A DNA stretch of 63,057 nucleotides, filler included, from Octopus bimaculoides (Eukaryota): the NCBI RefSeq assembly GCF_001194135.2. It is 5 parts of 4 records of this genome, joined end to end, with 100 filler letters (N's around TTAATTAATTAA, not from the genome) between each part and the next. Parts side by side here need not be neighbours in the genome. Positions count along the whole stretch, not along the records: positions 51,963 to 61,201 come from NC_068997.1; positions 61,302 to 63,057 come from NW_026315910.1; 3 more parts are not named here. One strand, given 5' to 3'. A program made the translations under genes and the position numbers. Shown piece after piece: positions 61,043 to 63,057 of this stretch (positions within the stretch are counted from its first letter, which is position 1; each line of letters begins with the position of its first letter). The notes under the pieces are model-generated. The model searched no databases. It had not been told where the DNA came from and saw only the letters and a list, made by a program, of their open reading frames with translations.

Positions 61043-61429
61043 AGTCATTTTCCTAATTTCCGAATTCTGAAACCAGATATCTATAGCTTAGGGATAATAC
61101 GTGTCTAACAAGGTGCTGCGGTTAATTTTGATGGTGGTATTGGTGGCGGTGCTAGTGGTGATGGTGGGGGGGGGGTAGTGGTGTTAGTACTGGTGATGGT
61201 ANNNNNNNNNNNNNNNNNNNNNNNNNNNNNNNNNNNNNNNNNNNNTTAATTAATTAANNNNNNNNNNNNNNNNNNNNNNNNNNNNNNNNNNNNNNNNNNN
61301 NTACCCTGCTTCTTTTCAAACCTTGCGCCCCACCCCCTCCACCTCCCCTTCCCTTGCATCATTGATGTTTGCATTTGCTTTTTTTTTTGTGTTTGTTGTT
61401 GTTGTTTGCTGCCATCATCATCTTCATCA

Positions 61430-61464
<35 letters not shown>

Positions 61465-61591
61465 TGTTTTAAAAACAAGTTCTTTGTTTCATGAGAAAAT
61501 TAATTATACTTGTAATTATTTTTGCTGTTTTTCCTGTTGTTGTTATTTCTGTTTCTTTTTTTTTCTATTATTATTATTATTATTATTATCA

Positions 61592-61634
<43 letters not shown>

Positions 61635-61650
61635 TATCACCATTACTAAT

Positions 61651-61860
61651 TAAGGTGGAGAGCTGGCAGAATCGTTAGCGCGCTGGACGAAATTGCTTAG
61701 TGGCATTTCGCCCGATGCTATGAACTGAGTTCAAATTCCACCGAGGTCGACTTTGCCTTTCATCCTTTCAGGGGTCGATAAATTATGTACCAGTTGCGTA
61801 CTGGGGTCGATCTAATCGACTAGCTCCTTATCCCAAAATTTCAGACCTTGTGCCTATAAT
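61651..61860 (+). mobile_element. SINE family C, near consensus
   Basis: aaggtggagagctggcagaatcgttagcg...gcctttcatcctttcaggggtcgataaattatgtaccag...ccttgtgcct. Confidence 0.88.
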
Positions 61861-61867
61861 TGATAGG

Positions 61868-61906
<39 letters not shown>

Positions 61907-62079
61907 GTTATATCATGATAAAAACTGTTATACTTATCATTGTTGTTGTTGTTGTTGTTTCTTTGTTGGTTTCTGCTGCACCACCTGTTGCACCTTGATG
62001 TTTCTCAGGTGCGTTCAGCATTGTGCATTCTTGTTTTCATTGGGGTTGGTAGAGTATAGACTCCTTGTTTGTGTTAGTA

Positions 62080-62650
62080 TATATATATGTATATATATGT
62101 GTGTGTGTATATTTATGTGTATGTACATATGTATTTGTGTGTATATATTTATATATGTGTGTGTATATATTTGTATATATATGGGTGTGTATGTGTATAT
62201 ATATTTATGTGTATGTATATATTTGTATATATATGTGTGTGTGTGTATATATTTATGTGTAGTCCACGCATGTATTTGTGTGTATATATTTATATATATT
62301 TATATATGTGTGTGTGTGTGTGTATGTGTATATATATTTATATATGTGTGTGTATATGTATATATATGTGTGTGTGTGTATATATATTTGTGTTTGTGTT
62401 TATATGTATGTGTGTGTATATTTGTGTGTGTGTATATTTATATATATATGTGTGTGTATTTATGTGTGTGTGTATATATATTTGTGTTTGTGTTTATATG
62501 TATGTGTGTGTATATTTGTGTGTGTGTATATTTATATATATATGTGTGTGTATTTATATGTGTGTGTATATTTATATGTGTGTGTGTGTGTGTATATCTA
62601 TGTATATATATTTATATGTGTGTGTGTGTGTGTATTTGTGTGTGTATATA
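62080..62650. repeat. TG/TA mosaic satellite with a ~94-bp higher-order duplication
   Basis: tatatatttgtgtttgtgttt unit at 62381 recurs at 62475. Confidence 0.9.
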
Positions 62651-62821
62651 ACATTAATTAGCATCTGTTACCCCTTCTGTCATGGGTTGGACAGTTTGAG
62701 TCAGGTAACTTGAAATGTAACATCAGACTCCAGTCTGAGTTGGCAGGGTTTTCTATAGCTGGATGCCCTCCCTAATACCAACCACTTTACAATATATATT
62801 GGGTGCACAATATATATATAT

Positions 62822-63057
62822 ATCATCATCATCATCATCATCATCGTTTAACGTCCGCTTTCCATGCTAGCATGGGTTGGACGATTTGACTGAGGACTGG
62901 TGAAACCGGATGGCAACACCAGGCTCCAGTCTGATTTGGCAGAGTTTCTACAGCTGGATGCCCTTCCTAACGCCAACCACTCAGAGAGTGTAGTGGGTGC
63001 TTTTACGTGTCACCCGCACGAAAACGGCCACGCCCGAAATGGTGTCTTTTATGTGCC
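62822..63057 (-). mobile_element. RTE-tail element (family D), running off the window end
   Basis: (CAT)n, then cgtttaacgtccgctttccatgctagcatggg...cttcctaacgccaaccactc. Confidence 0.85.

Noticed and set aside
61860-62713. Long YI/CV/HT-repeat ORFs here and at 11.5, 17.3, 27-28 and 53-57 kb
   Set aside because: Translations of di- and trinucleotide microsatellites, with no splice or homology support.

Overview
Repeat-dense animal genomic DNA from a gapped draft assembly, most likely an octopus (inferred from the SINE families, the CA/TA/CAT microsatellite load and the TE mix; no database search was possible). One protein-coding gene is solidly supported: a minus-strand D-3-phosphoglycerate dehydrogenase (PHGDH). 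Ten exons (47900 to 35219) have canonical GT-AG sites and splice in frame to 493 aa plus stop, with intact NAD-binding and catalytic motifs. The exon encoding the first ~46 aa could not be found. The rest is mostly decayed TEs: CR1-like, RTE and R4/Dong-like LINEs, a Penelope-like GIY-YIG remnant, a Gypsy integrase, mariner, hAT-like, piggyBac-like and foldback MITEs, a Helitron and at least four SINE families, often nested. I found no convincing novel multi-gene system. The best leads are two Penelope-type hammerhead ribozyme motifs, a triple-nested foldback element carrying TTAGGG repeats, a telomere-repeat-bearing Helitron, back-to-back palindromes and a candidate TATA/leader exon with a young SINE beside it upstream of PHGDH, and two orphan candidate exons of unidentified genes. 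Exon and TSD/TIR coordinates were counted by hand; boundaries of decayed repeats are approximate.
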